64,000 nucleotides of DNA from Phyllobates terribilis (Eukaryota), in NCBI RefSeq assembly GCF_046119375.1, contig NW_027362764.1, positions 189,038,001 through 189,102,000 on the forward strand, in the 5' to 3' direction. The notes beneath the pieces were generated by a model. The model was not told where the DNA came from. It worked only from the letters and a program-made list of their open reading frames with translations, and ran no database searches. The translations under genes were made by a program, and so were the position numbers. Below are positions 25,133-37,710 of the stretch, one piece after another (position 1 is the first letter of the stretch; each line of letters starts with the position of its first letter).

Positions 25133-25390
25133 AATAAATACACTTTAAATCCATTTACAAGGATCTATTGGAGGGCAAGTCTCATGCCAGCAGCCGCGTA
25201 ATTCCAGCTCCAGTAGCGTCCACTAAAGCTGCTGCAGTTAAAAAGCTTTTATAAGGATCGAGCTCGGCTGTCCACCGCAAGGCATCCTACTGCCAGTCCC
25301 AGCCCCTATGCCTTGGGGTGCCTCCTGATGCTCTTCACTGAGTATCCCGTGGTCCCGAAGCATTTCCTTTGAAAAAATTAAGTGTCCAAA
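25133..25390 (+). pseudogene. Degenerate internal fragment of 18S rRNA carried inside hAT-B
   Basis: cactttaaatcc...attggagggcaagtct..tgccagcagccgcg-taattccagctcca..agcgt...taaag.tgctgcagttaaaaagct...gatgctctt.actgagt.tccc...cccgaagc.ttt.ctttgaaaaaatt matches the conserved 18S helix-18/V4 region. Confidence 0.9.
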
Positions 25391-25502
25391 CTACAGGTGG
25401 TGTAGCTTGCTTAACAGCCGGGATAATCCGCTGACTAGCAGACCCTGCTACTAGGCACAAAGTATTTCCTGGGCTAGATGCAGTTAAAAATTTGTAATTA
25501 GA

Positions 25503-27320
25503 TACTCTCGTTGGATGCTGAGAAAGCATTCCATAGAGTCTCCTGGCACGCCATATATGATTCTCTTAAAAAGCTTGGGGTAGGGGTCTAGGGGACCCTT
25601 TTATAGCCAAAATCACGGCCCTGTATCGCAATACGTCACCTAGGCTGAAGATAAATGGAACTGTAGCACCCTGAGGGCTTGGTTGCTACAGAGGTATTGC
25701 ACCTCACCCAGAGGTGTGATATCTCACTCTCAGGTAAGGATGTAGTGTGGATCAGGACCCGACACCTGCATGCATTACACCACATTGCCGTGGGGCAGGG
25801 CGACCAATATGCCCCTGAGATGGCCACGACAGTCCCTGTCCCTGGCTGGAGTGGGGGGAGGGAACACTGAGGAAGGGGAACCCTGTAGTGCAGGAGCAGG
25901 GAGGAAGCAGTTCCTGGGTGCATTGAGAAGGGAGTATAAAAGGTGGGCACCATCTTAGTTCAGTGCAGAGAAGTCTGAGCAGAAGTGGCAGGGAGCAGGG
26001 GCTCTGCATGAGCTCTGCTCCGGAGGCGGGCCTAGTAACAGAGGCCCAGGCCTGGAAGAGGGAGAAGGAAGGAAGAGGAGCGGAGAAGGCTCCAGGAACG
26101 AGGAACGAAGGGATCTCAGGGGTGCGGACGGGCGAGTCGCCACCGCACGCCCGAATCCACCTGCGTGGAGGGGTCAGGCCAAAGGGGGAGACCGGTCCCC
26201 GAAACTAGTGGAGGCAGGAAACGACCCTCAGCTAGAAACAGGAGGCTGTGACATTTTATGTGGCGCAGCCCCTCGCTACACCCGCTAGGAAGGCACCACA
26301 TAGGGTCAGGGAAACTGGCGCCAAGTTTACCAAGAGGAGGCCCGAGGCAGCCGGACAGAAGGGTTGGTAAGAAAGGCCAGACAAAGGACACACAAAGGGG
26401 GTCCTGTGAAGCACTCCAAAGTTATCTGGGAGTTGTCTGAGCCCCTCACCTGGTGAGCACAGTACGACGTGGGCAGCCGTTACCTGCAGACGTGGTCTGG
26501 ATAATAAGAACTGTGAGTAAAGGCCCTGGACTGCATCACTGACTCCGTGTCATTACTGCTGCTGCCCTGCACCATCACCCCCATCCTCCGCATACACTGC
26601 CCTGAGGCTATACTCCTCCCGTGGGGAGTTATGCTACGCTCTGCTGCACACACAACACCAGCCTCAGCGGTCTGCCCTGGAGCGGCGGTTCACTCTGACC
26701 GCAATCCACGGGTGGCGTAGTCGGACATTTAAACATCAAAACCACATAAATAGTTCCGCCACTGGTTTGACCGCCCTGAGCCACGGAACCGGGTTGCCGC
26801 CACGGAGACTACAACCACCAGCATCCACCAAAAAGGGTCCGGCTCCGGGTGTCCCAAGGCCCAGGGGGCGCGTCAGAACATTTTCATCACCTTTCACAAT
26901 CACCAATGGGACAAGGCAGGGATGTTCTCTGTCCCCTCTCTTATACATCCTAGTGACGGAGCACCTGCTCTCATCAATTCGCCATAACCCCAATATTAGG
27001 TGGATTGAGGTGGGAGGCACCGAGTACAAGTGCTCTCTATTTGCTGATGATGTCCTAGTATATATCACTCAATCACATATATCCATCCATGCTGTTATGG
27101 CTGAAATAGATCACTTTGTTACATGGTCAAATTTTAAAATCAATGCAGCGAAGTCTGAGGCCCTCGATGTCTCCCTCCCCAAATCCATATAGGATTCCAT
27201 CCAGTCCAACTTTCCCTTTGCCTGGCCCTCACAGGGTATCAAATACTTAGGAATTCCTATTCATAGAGACCTCTCCCATCTATGTTATCTTAATTTTGGG
27301 CCCTTTATTGAACAACTCCA
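25503..27320 (+). mobile_element. Internal L1-clade reverse transcriptase fragment (~600 bp), split by a solo LTR
   Basis: LSLDAEKAF, LKINGT|FSSPFTITNGTRQGCSLSPLLY, FADDVLVY and FKINAAKSE motifs. No 3' UTR or poly(A). Confidence 0.88.
25662..26875 (+). mobile_element. Solo LTR (1214 bp), gypsy-type family
   Basis: TGTAGCACCC...GGGGGCGCGTCA ends; 4-bp TSD GAAC at 25658-61 and 26876-79; TATA box gtataaaagg. Confidence 0.93.
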
Positions 27321-27324
27321 TACA

Positions 27325-28885
27325 GACCACGGTTGGCAAGTTAGAACTGTAAGATTCACTACGTGAACCACTGGTGTTTTGTGGAAAAGCACATGTACAC
27401 TGTGTTCCAAATTATTATGCAAAAAGTGTTATGGAGTGATAAGGGAAGAATTTGTTTGTTTGTCAGTTAAACTCATTGATGGTGATGTGTGTCAGGGCTC
27501 TTTATATCACTGTAAGCAATTGCAGACACCTGTGCTAATTAGTTTGGCAGGTGTGTCCAATGAAAGGCAAGACTACTTAAGAAGGCTGTCTCACATTATT
27601 AAGCAGCCTACATTTTCTGCCAAAATGGGAAAGAAAAAGGATGTGTCGGCTGCTGAGAAGCAACAAATTGTGGAGTGTTTAGGTCAAGGCATGACTGCAA
27701 TCAACATTGTGCGATGATCAGGATGAAGTGTCTTGGCAATCAAGAAGTATGTAGCTGATTCACAGTACACACGTGTGCGTGCTGATAAGGGCAAATTGAG
27801 GACTCTTTCCTACAGGCAATTACGTCAGGTTGAAAGAGCAGCGGCAAAAAAGCCTTGTCATAGCAGCAGACAAGTTTTTGAAGCTGCTTGTGCCTCCAAC
27901 GCCCCCCGAACAACAAGATGCAGGGTCCTTCAGAGGTTTGCAGCTGTGCATACGCCATCCTGTCGACCTCCTCTATCCACTTCACACAAGCAGAAACGGC
28001 TCCAGTGGGCCAAACATTACATGAAGACTGATTTCAAAACTGTTTTGTTCACGGATGAGTGCCGTGCAGCGCTCGATGGTCCAGATGGATGGAGTGGAGG
28101 ATGGCTGGTTGATGGACACCCCACGCAAACACGGCTACAGCGCCAACAAGGAGGAGGTGGAGTAATGTTTTGGGCTGGAATCATGGGGAGAGAGATTGTC
28201 GGCCCCTTTAGGATCCCTGAAGGCGCTAAAGATGAACTCCATAATGTATGTGGATTTTCTCAAACAGCACTTCCTGCCATGGTTCAAGAAGAAGAACCGT
28301 GTATTTCACAGCAAGATCATTTTTCTGCATGATAATGCACCATCTCATGCTGCACATAAAACATCTGCATCTCTGGCTGATATGGGCATAAAAGGGGACA
28401 AACTTATGGTGTGACCCCCATGCTCCCCTGACCTCTACCCCATTCAGAACCTTTGGAGCATCATTAAAAGGAGTGTCTATGATGGCGGGAGGCAGTTCAC
28501 ATCTAAGCAACAGCTCTGGGAGGGTATTCTGTCCTCATGCAAAACAATTGAAGCAGAAACCATCCAAAACCTGACAAATTCAATGGACGAGAGAGTTCAG
28601 AAGCTCCTTTCGAACAAGGGGTCCTATGTGAAAATGTAACATCACCTAGAATAAAGTTTTGAGTTGAAAACTGTTTGATTTCAGTTTCTAACAACCTGCT
28701 AATGCTTATAATTTCAAAAATGACCATTTTTTTGGTCTTTATTAAAATGAAAAGGTTGATCGAAAAGTTTGGGGGATCTAAGAGTGTGGCAACCCAGTAG
28801 TCATGATTACTTCGAATTCTGACAATATGAGGGTCATGCTGCAGGTAGTGCAACAAGAAGGCACTTATGTGTCTTGGGCATCTCG
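27325..28885 (-). other. Diverged second fragment of hAT-B-type transposase sequence, interrupted by the TRT element
   Basis: 27325-27397 resembles 29660-29730; ~28760-28885 resembles ~29815-29935. Confidence 0.8.
27398..28760 (+). mobile_element. Tc1-superfamily DD37E (TRT-type) element, right end deleted; transposase pseudogene 27625-28639
   Basis: TA then CACTGTGTTCCAAATTATTATGCA left TIR. MGKKKD..., TDECRAALDGPDGW, and HDNAPSH...(37 aa)...Q where E is expected. Frameshifts and a stop. Confidence 0.85.
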
Positions 28886-29207
28886 GAGCCCCAAAATTAT
28901 TTTCCGGGCTAGATGCAGCTAAAAATTATTATTAATTTTAAATCTGGTGAAGCTTTAGTATAGATGGCCTAATAGGATCAGTGCTGCACACTGCTACAAA
29001 GCCCAAATTATTTTCCAGTCAAGATACAGATAAACATGATTAGTAATTTTAAATCTGGTGGAGCTTATTATAGATGGCCTAATAGAATCAGTGCTGCACA
29101 CTGCTACAAAGACCAAATTATTTTCCAGCCAAGATACAGATAAACATGATTAGTAATTTGAAAGCTTAAAACGGTTGGTAGGGTGATTTTAACCAATCAT
29201 CAAGCTT

Positions 29208-32200
29208 TTACTCTCCCCAGGATGACACAGGGGTAGAAAAGTCGTTTCGGATCCATGATTTGTTCATCTTTATGAACGTGAGTCTGTCTACATTATCAGT
29301 GGAGAGCCGCGTGCGCTTATCTGTCAGCACACCACCAGCAGCGCTGAACACACGTTCAGACAGAACGCTGGCTGCGGGGCATGACAAGATCTCCAAGGCG
29401 TAAGTGGCTAGCTCCGGCCATTTATCCAGATTGGAAGCCCAAAAAGAGCAAGGGTCCAGTGACACAGTCATGGCTTCAATGTTTACTTGGAGATACTCCT
29501 GTACCATCGTCTCTAGGCGTTGACTATGTGTCAGACTTCTTGTCTCCTGTGGCCTTGCAAAGGATGGGCTAAAAAAGTGGTGAAATGATTCCGCAAAATT
29601 GATGTTACCAGCAGATACTGTGGTTCTGTTACGGTTTGAGTGCTGAACACTTGACGGTCCCACGGTTGGCAAGTTGGAACTGTGAGATTCACTACGTGCA
29701 CCACTGGTATTTTGTGGAAAAGCACATGTAAGATTCTGCAACAGTCTCTGCTGATACTCCTGCATGCGTGCATCCCTTTCTATGGCAGGAATAATTTCTG
29801 CAAATTTACTTTTGTACCGGGGATCTAACAGTGTGGCAACCCAGTAGTCAGGATTATTTCTAATTCTCACAATTCGAGGGTCATGTTGCAGGTAGTGCAG
29901 CAAGAAGGCACTCATGTGTGTTGCGCATCCAGGAGCACCAAGTCCCTGTTGTGTTGGTGGCGAGGTAACAATCATGCTTCCTTCCTCTGTCCTTTCCCCC
30001 CAACCTCGCACAACAGAAATGTGATCAAGGTCTCCCTCATCTGATGAGTCTTCCATCAGTTCGTCCTCCACTTCTTCCTGGGCTCCTGCACCTTCCTCAC
30101 TAGTTTGGCTGCTACCATGCGCCCTGGTAAAACCATCTCCCCCACCCTCACATGCCTGCCGCCTTGGTGCTGCCGACCGTCTGGACCTTGCAGATGTTAG
30201 CCCTTCTGCATACAACTCCTCCTCCTCTACTTCCTCCACCTCCTCTTGTGCCACCACCTGACTCCGAATTCTGTTTAACATGTGCTCCAGCATGTAAATC
30301 ACCGGAATATTCATGCTGATAATGGCATCGTCAGCACTAAACATCTTCGTCGCCATTTCAAAACTGTGCAGAAGGGTGCATAGGTCCCTGATCTGAGACC
30401 ACTCCTCCAGCGTGATTTGCCCCACCTCTGGATCTCGTTGGCCCAGGCTATACGTCAGAACGTATTGCACCAGGGCTTGTCGGTGCTGCCACAGTCGCTG
30501 CAACATGTGCAGAGTTGAATTCCACCGGGTAGGCACATCGCATTTTAGCCGGTGAAGTGGCAGGCCCAACGACTTCTGTAGAGATGTAAGTCGCTGAGCT
30601 GCGGGATGCGAACGGCGGAAGTGAGCACACAGCGACCGTGCCCTCTGCAGAAGGCCATCTAGTCTGGGATAGTGGGCTAAAAATTGCTGGACAACCAGGT
30701 TCAACACGTGAGCCATACACGGCACGTGCATTGTCTCGAAAATCCTCTGTGTCCACCAGGCGGAAAGGCAGCATTTCTGTAGCCAAGAGCTTGCAGATGG
30801 TGAAATTCAACCTCTTAGCTTTCTCATGGCTAGGAGGAAATGGTCTTTTACTTGTCCACATCTGAGGGACCGAGGGCTGGCTATTGTGCTTAGACGGGGT
30901 TGATAAGGGTGTCCCCGGCAAACTGCCGGTCTGTGAGGAAGATGCAGGCGGACATGTTAGGTTGCCTTGATCCAAAGGTGGTGCTATCGATGTCGGACAG
31001 CGCTCAACACCAGCTGGTGTTACCACCTCCAAAGAAAATGATGACCTGCCAAACACGCTGGCTGTTGCGGGTAAAGAGGTGGCAGGTCTGCGCCCCAAAA
31101 CAGGTGTGACTGCTGTCCCCCCAGTCACAGAGGATGAAGAGGCCGCGGATGCACAAGATATGGCAGACGGTGGTTGGCCCGGCCGGCTAGGCCGCATTGT
31201 AGCACACTGAGCTTCCCACTGCAACTTATGCTTCATGTCCATGTGCCGGTTCATGCATGAAGTACTCAAACTATGTATTTTTTGGCCTCTACTTAGCTTT
31301 TGCTGACAAATGTTACAGATAACACGAGTTGGGTCATCTTTATCGATCTGAAAAAATGCCCAGGCTATGCAAGGCTTAGCACCCATGCGACCTGAAGAGC
31401 CACCACGACTTGTGGTGAGAGGCAGAGTTGTGTTTGAGGATGCAGTTGTTGACGTGCTTCCAGTACTACGTCTCTGTCCAGGAAGGCGCAACCTGACCTC
31501 GTCGTCACTAGCATCTTCCTCCACCTCCTCTGCTGACCTCATCTCTTGGCTGACTGTGGGTTGACAGTAAGTGAGATCTCCAACCTCATCATCATCACCC
31601 TGTGCGTTATCACACCCGTCGTCCTCAGAGCCAACCTGTTCCTGCCCTGACAAAAAACTAAAGTTGTCACTCCAATCAGGTATTTGAGTCTTATCATCAT
31701 CTTCCTCATTGTCTCCACCAACAGGAGTTACAGTTTGGGAATGAGGGTCTACATTATGGTCAGAACCTTCTGCGTCTGGTCCTGGATCCGACTCATAAAG
31801 ATTCTGGGCATCAGTGCAGATCATTTCCTCGTCTGGATTCACAGAAGCGCTGGAGTCGACCTCTGATTCCCAGGCTATAGTATGAGTAAACAGCTCTGCA
31901 GACTCAACCATCTGTTCTACCTCATACTCAGACGGGCAGCTGGAGATTTGGGAGCTGTGAGGAAGCAAGTGCGATTGGGGTGACACCTTTGAGGACTGGA
32001 GTATTTGTGATGTTGAAGTTGATGTGGAGGAGAGCCCACTTAAAGGAGCACTTGATATCCGTTGAAGCACCTGCTGTTTTTGTGCCTCATCTGGAATTTG
32101 TAGCGATTGGCGTGGCCGTAAGAAAGGGATCTTATCACATTGTCCGCTAAAAGAAGTAGACATTTTAGTTTGGCTGGAAGATGGTCTTTCTTCTGCAGAT

Positions 32201-32301
32201 GTTACTGTTGCTTTAACACCTACCCCACGGACACAACCTTTTTTCCCCTTCCCAACACGCCTATTCCCCTTTCCACCAGCAGCAGGCCTTTTTCCACTCA
32301 T
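29208..32301 (-). pseudogene. hAT-B transposase with an internal deletion removing the first two catalytic Asp motifs
   Basis: ATG at 32301; BED finger ICNICQQKLSRG...MNRHMDMKH. Sequence jumps from LVDTEDFRD directly to HVPCMAHVLNL (frame change ~30735). C-terminal half is open to the hATC domain (CPAASVLSERVFSAAGG). Confidence 0.92.
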
Positions 32302-32379
32302 TTTGGTGGTTAACTAATTAACAACTCTGGAGTTGTTTGCACAAAAAAACAATGGATGGTAACCGAGCAGAGCTGAGTG

Positions 32380-34430
32380 GCCAAACTGTGGTATTAGGCC
32401 AAAACTATTGGCTGGGTTAGATGCAGAAAAAAATTATATTCAAATTGCAACCTGATGGAGGTCAGTATAGATGGACTAATAGAGAAAGTCCCACACACTG
32501 CTAGAAGGCCAAATATTTTTTCAGAGCTAGATGCAGATAAAAATTATTTTTAATTTGCAACCTGATGGAGGTCAGTATAGATGGACTAATAGAGAATGTC
32601 CCACACACTGCTAGAAGGCCAAATATTTTTTCAGAGCTAGATGCAGATAAAAATTATTTTTAATTTGCAACCTGATGGAGGTCAGTATAGATGGACTAAT
32701 AGAGAAAGTCCCACACACTGCTAGAAGGCCAAATATTTTTTCAGAGGTAGATGCAGAAAAAAATATATTCAGTTTGCAACCTGATGGAGGTCTGTATAGA
32801 TGGATTAATAGAACAAGTCCCACACACAGCTAGAAGCCCAATATTTTTTCAGAGCTAGATGCAGAAAAAAATATATTCAGTTTGCAACCTGATGGAGGTC
32901 AGTATAGATGGACTAATACAACAAGTCCCACACACAGCTAGAAGCCCAATATTTTTTCAGAGGTAGATGCAGAAAAAAATATATTCAGTTTGCAACCTGA
33001 TGGAGGTCTGTATAGATGGATTAATAGAACAAGTCCCACACACAGCTAGAAGCCCAATATTTTTTCAGAGGTAGATGCAGAAAAAAATATATTCAGTTTG
33101 CAACCTGATGGAGGTCAGTATAGATGGACTGATACAACAAGTCCCACACACAGCTAGAAGCCCAATATTTTTTCAGAGGTAGATGCAGAAAAAAATATAT
33201 TCAGTTTGCAACCTGATGGAGGTCTGTATAGATGGACTAATACAACAAGTCCCACACACAGCTAGAAGCCCAATATTTTTTCAGAGGTAGATGCAGAAAA
33301 AAATATATTCAGTTTGCAACCTGATGGAGGTCAGTATAGATGGACTAATACAACAAGTCCCACACACAGCTAGAAGCCCAATATTTTTTCAGAGGTAGAT
33401 GCAGAAAAAAATATATTCAGTTTGCAACCTGATGGAGGTCTGTATAGATGGATTAATAGAACAAGTCCCACACACAGCTAGAAGCCCAATATTTTTTCAG
33501 AGGTAGATGCAGAAAAAAATATATTCAGTTTGCAACCTGATGGAGGTCTGTATAGATGGATTAATAGAACAAGTCCCACACACAGCTAGAAGCCCAATAT
33601 TTTTTCAGAGGTAGATGCAGAAAAAAATATATTCAGTTTGCAACCTGATGGAGGTCAGTATAGATGGACTAATACAACAAGTCCCACACACAGCTAGAAG
33701 CCCAATATTTTTCAGAGGTAGATGCAGAAAAAAATATATTCAGTTTGCAACCTGATGGAGGTCTGTATAGATGGATTAATAGAACAAGTCCCACACACAG
33801 CTAGAAGCCCAATATTTTTTCAGAGGTAGATGCAGAAAAAAAATATTCAGTTTGCAACCTGATGGAGGTCAGTATAGATGGACTAATACAACAAGTCCCA
33901 CACACAGCTAGAAGCCCAATATTTTTTCAGAGGCAGATGCAGAAAAAAATATATTCAGTTTGCAACCTGATGGAGGTCTGTATAGATGGACTAATACAAC
34001 AAGTCCCACACACAGCTAGAAGCCCAATATTTTTTCAGAGGTAGATGCAGAAAAAAATATATTCAGTTTGCAACCTGATGGAGGTCAGTATAGATGGACT
34101 AATAAAACAAGTCCCACACACAGCTAGAAGCCCAATATTTTTTCAGAGGTAGATGCAGAAAAAAATATATTCAGTTTGCAACCTGATGGAGGTCTGTATA
34201 GATGGATTAATAGAACAAGTCCCACACACAGCTAGAAGCCCAATATTTTTTCAGAGGTAGATGAAGAAAAAAATATATGCAGTTTGCAACCTGATGGAGG
34301 TCAGTATAGATGGACTAATACAACAAGTCCCACACACAGCTAGAAGCCCAATATTTTTTCAGAGCTAGATGTAGAAAAAAATTATATTCAATTTGCAACC
34401 TGATGGAGGTCAGTATAGATGGACTAATAG
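32380..34430. repeat. 108-bp satellite, ~19 copies, upstream of the hAT-B transposase
   Basis: Period of 108 measured at 32881/32989. Diverged units also at ~25445-25500 and ~28890-29160. Confidence 0.93.
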
Positions 34431-35349
34431 AATGATGCTATGCCCAAAAGATTTTACTTCACTAGGTGCAGTAAAAAAATTGGTATTCTATACACAGGTG
34501 GTATATCTTGCAACACAGATAGGCTACTCCACTGACTAACACACTCTGCAATAGGCCAAAAAGGATTAGCTTTGCTAGATTCAGCCAAATGCTGTGAAAA
34601 AAACTTGCACAGCACTGGCACAGACCTGCCTGGCAAAAACTGATAGGAACTGATGTAACTTAGTCCTGAAAAGGACTCCAATTACAATTAGTCTTTACTC
34701 CCACAATCTATCTATTTAAGAGCACAGACCTGCCTGATAAAAGTCGTAGGAAATGCTGTAACCTAGTCCTTAAAAGGACTGCAATCACAACTATTCCCTA
34801 CTCCCAAGCTATCTGTAGATTTGTGCGAAAATTGGCTTGAAATTAACAAGGTATAGCGCACACAGCAACAGCGGTGCCGTCTAACACGCAGCTGCAGCAG
34901 TGAGAAAATGGTGGCGACGGGGAAAATGGCTTGGTCTTATAGGGCAAGGACATGTGACATACACTGCCAATGACACATGCCCTTGCTTGTGTGAAAAAAA
35001 GCACTTCGCTCCGTGTGTGCGCTGCTGATAGGCTGACAGATTGCACCTCCCCACTGTAAATGCGGGAAAGAGAAAAAAAAAATGGAGATCTTCATTGTTC
35101 CTGCAGAGATCCATCCCCTGCCCCTCCCCCCACCCCGCTGTACACTCAAACTGCGTATTAACATTAATTTTCATCATTACTGAGAAAAAATCCAGTTATG
35201 ATTTTGGTGCACGAACAGTTATCGAACATAACCTCGAACAGCCGAATTTTTCTCAAATTGTTCGTGTTCGCCGAACGGCTCGAACACCGCCCAAAACAGC
35301 TCGAATTTGAGATTGGCGAACAGTTCGAGTAGAACAACGCTCATCTCTA

Positions 35350-37644
35350 GTCATTGCCACTCACCATCTTGGTGGACTCCTCAAAGTTTGTCAGGATGGT
35401 ACATATGTCAGACATCCAGGTCCACTCCTGAGGTCTTATGTGTGAAGTCTGACCTGAATATCGACGGCCTTGTTGCAGCTGGTACTCCACAACTGCTCTC
35501 TTCTGCTCACAATTCCTTTGCAACATGTGGAGGGTAGAATTCCAACATGTGGGGACATCACACTCCAGTCGGTGTGCCGGAAGCTGCAAACGCTGCTGCA
35601 ACACAGCAAGGGCGGCGGAAGCTGTAGCCGACTTCCGAAAATGAGCTGACAGGCGGCGTACTTTGACGAGCAGATCTGGCAACTCGGGGTACGATGTAAG
35701 AAACCACTGAACCACGAGGTTAAGCACATGAGCCAGGCATGGTACGTGTGTGATCTCGCCTCGCCTCAGAGCCGCCTCCAGGTTACGGCCATTGTCACAC
35801 ACGACCATGTCTGGATGTAGGTTCAGCGGTCTCAGTCACAGATCTGCCTGCTCTTTCACAGCTGTCCACAACTCACAAGCAGTGTGAGGTTTATCACCTA
35901 AGCTTATGAGTTTCAGCACAGCCTGTTGCCGCTTGGCTGAGGCAGTACTGCAGTGCTTCCAGCTTGTAACTGATGTGGTGATATCTGAGAAGGAGGCTGA
36001 ACATGAGGAGGAGGAGGATGATGCGCAGGAGTTGTACACTGTGGGGGCAACTCTGACTGACATAGGGCCCGCAATCCTCGGTGTGGGGAGGATGTGTTCC
36101 ATCCCAAGGTCCGACTGGGTCCCGGCTTCCACTATGTTTACCCAGTGTGCCGCCAGGGAGATGTACCGTCCCTGGCCACAAGCACTTGCCCACGTGTCCG
36201 TTGTCAGGTGGACTCTCCCAGTAACTGCGTTGTTGAGGGCACGGCACATATTTTGGGACACGTGCTTGTGTAGTGCGGAGATGGTACACCGGGCAAAATA
36301 GTGTCGGCTGGGGACCGAGTACCGAGGGACGGCCACCGCCATAAGGTTGCGGATGGATTCCGTCTCCACCAGCCTAAAAGGCAGCATTTCCAATGCAAGC
36401 AGTCCTGAAATGTGCGAATTTAGGACTGTGGCCTGTGGGGCGTTGGCTGCGAATTTGCGCTTTCGTTCAAAGGTCTGGGATATGGACAACTGAACGCTGC
36501 GGTGGGACGTGGACGTCGACGTTGATGCTGTTTCTTGAGAAACTGCCATAACAAGTGAAGACTGAGAGGAGGGGGCATCTTTGCATGCAGTATGGACAGG
36601 GGATTGCCTTGCAGGCACAACAGGGGGTTCTCTTACATGCACAACAGCGGAAGAAGCAGTGGTGACACCCCCTGACACTGGTCGTGGACCCTGGGGTTCG
36701 CCCCACAAAGTCGGGTGCTTTGCTGACATGTGCCTGATCATGCTGGTGGTGGTCAGGCTGGTAGTTTTGTCACCCCTCCTGATGCTGGCCTGGCTGGTGG
36801 TACAAATGGCCTTTTTGGGGTTATCAGCAGAGTCTTTCAAAAAATTCCAGACTCTGGAAGACCTACCGGTTGTACTGGCAACGTCCCTCGTATTGGTGTT
36901 ACGGGGAACAGTTGGCCGCCTTCTGTCTGCGGCCACCATACTGCTTCTTCCTGCCTGTTGGGGAACTCTGCCTCCCTCCCCCTGTGTGCTGCTGGACTTG
37001 CTCTGCGTGTCCTCCTGCCACGTTGGGTCAGTTACTAGATTATCCACCACCTCCTCCTCTTCCACTTCCGCACCACGGTCCTCCTCCTCTCTTCGTGGCA
37101 ATTGTGTCTCGTCATCGTCCACCTCTTGTGACAAATTGCCAGCGTCGCTTTCCTGTGGCCGTGGCTGTTCAAATATTTGGCCATCGCTACATGGGATCTC
37201 CTCTTCCACCACTTCAAGTGGAGCAGGCGAGGGGCCCAAATATGGAAATGGACCAGTGAACAGCTCTTCAGAGTGTCCAACTGTGGGATCAGTTGCTGTC
37301 TGACGACACTCGGCATGGTGGGAGGAAGGAGAATCAGGATGAGGAGGAGTATGCGGTCGAAACTCACAGCTACTAACACTTGACCGTGTGGAAGACAGAC
37401 CGGAGGTGGTGGTGCCCAGGTGACTGGAAGTATTATCTGCTATCCAATTAATAACCTGTTCACACTGATCAGTTCGCAATAGTGGTGTTGTTGTGTGCTT
37501 CCCTAGTAATTCGGTCAAGAACTAGGAGCGAGAAGATGAGGCTGTTGGTTGTGGCACATTTTCACCTTGGCCACGGCTCCATCCTCTGCATGCACCATCA
37601 CCAGAACGTCCAGTTCCACGTCCCTTGCCACGCTCCTTGCCCAT
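35350..37644 (-). pseudogene. N-terminal and catalytic part of the hAT-A copy 2 transposase
   Basis: ATG at 37644; nonsense codons near 37523 and 35837; TTDTWAS, VCDNGRN, CLAHVLNL and DVPTCWNST motifs. Confidence 0.93.
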
Positions 37645-37710
37645 TGTAAATGAAGTAAAATAGCTTACACTCGCACTATCAATGGCAAAAGGGTAATAAA
37701 AAGGAGATTA

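Larger units (their letters stand above)
24620..35349 (-). mobile_element. hAT family B (10.7 kb) inserted in the hAT-A transposase gene
   Basis: TIRs TAGTGTTGAGC (24620) and GCTCATCTCTA (ends 35349); 8-bp TSD GTCATCGC (24612-19)/GTCATTGC (35350-57); GTTCG/CGAAC subterminal repeats. Confidence 0.95.

Noticed and set aside
25133-25390. Functional rRNA gene
   Set aside because: Only ~260 bp with many substitutions and indels in invariant positions; kept as a pseudogene fragment.
30448-32301. Intact 617-aa protein or domesticated ZBED gene
   Set aside because: It lies within TIR/TSD-bounded hAT-B; the last ~95 aa are out-of-frame read-through after a deletion, and catalytic motifs are missing.
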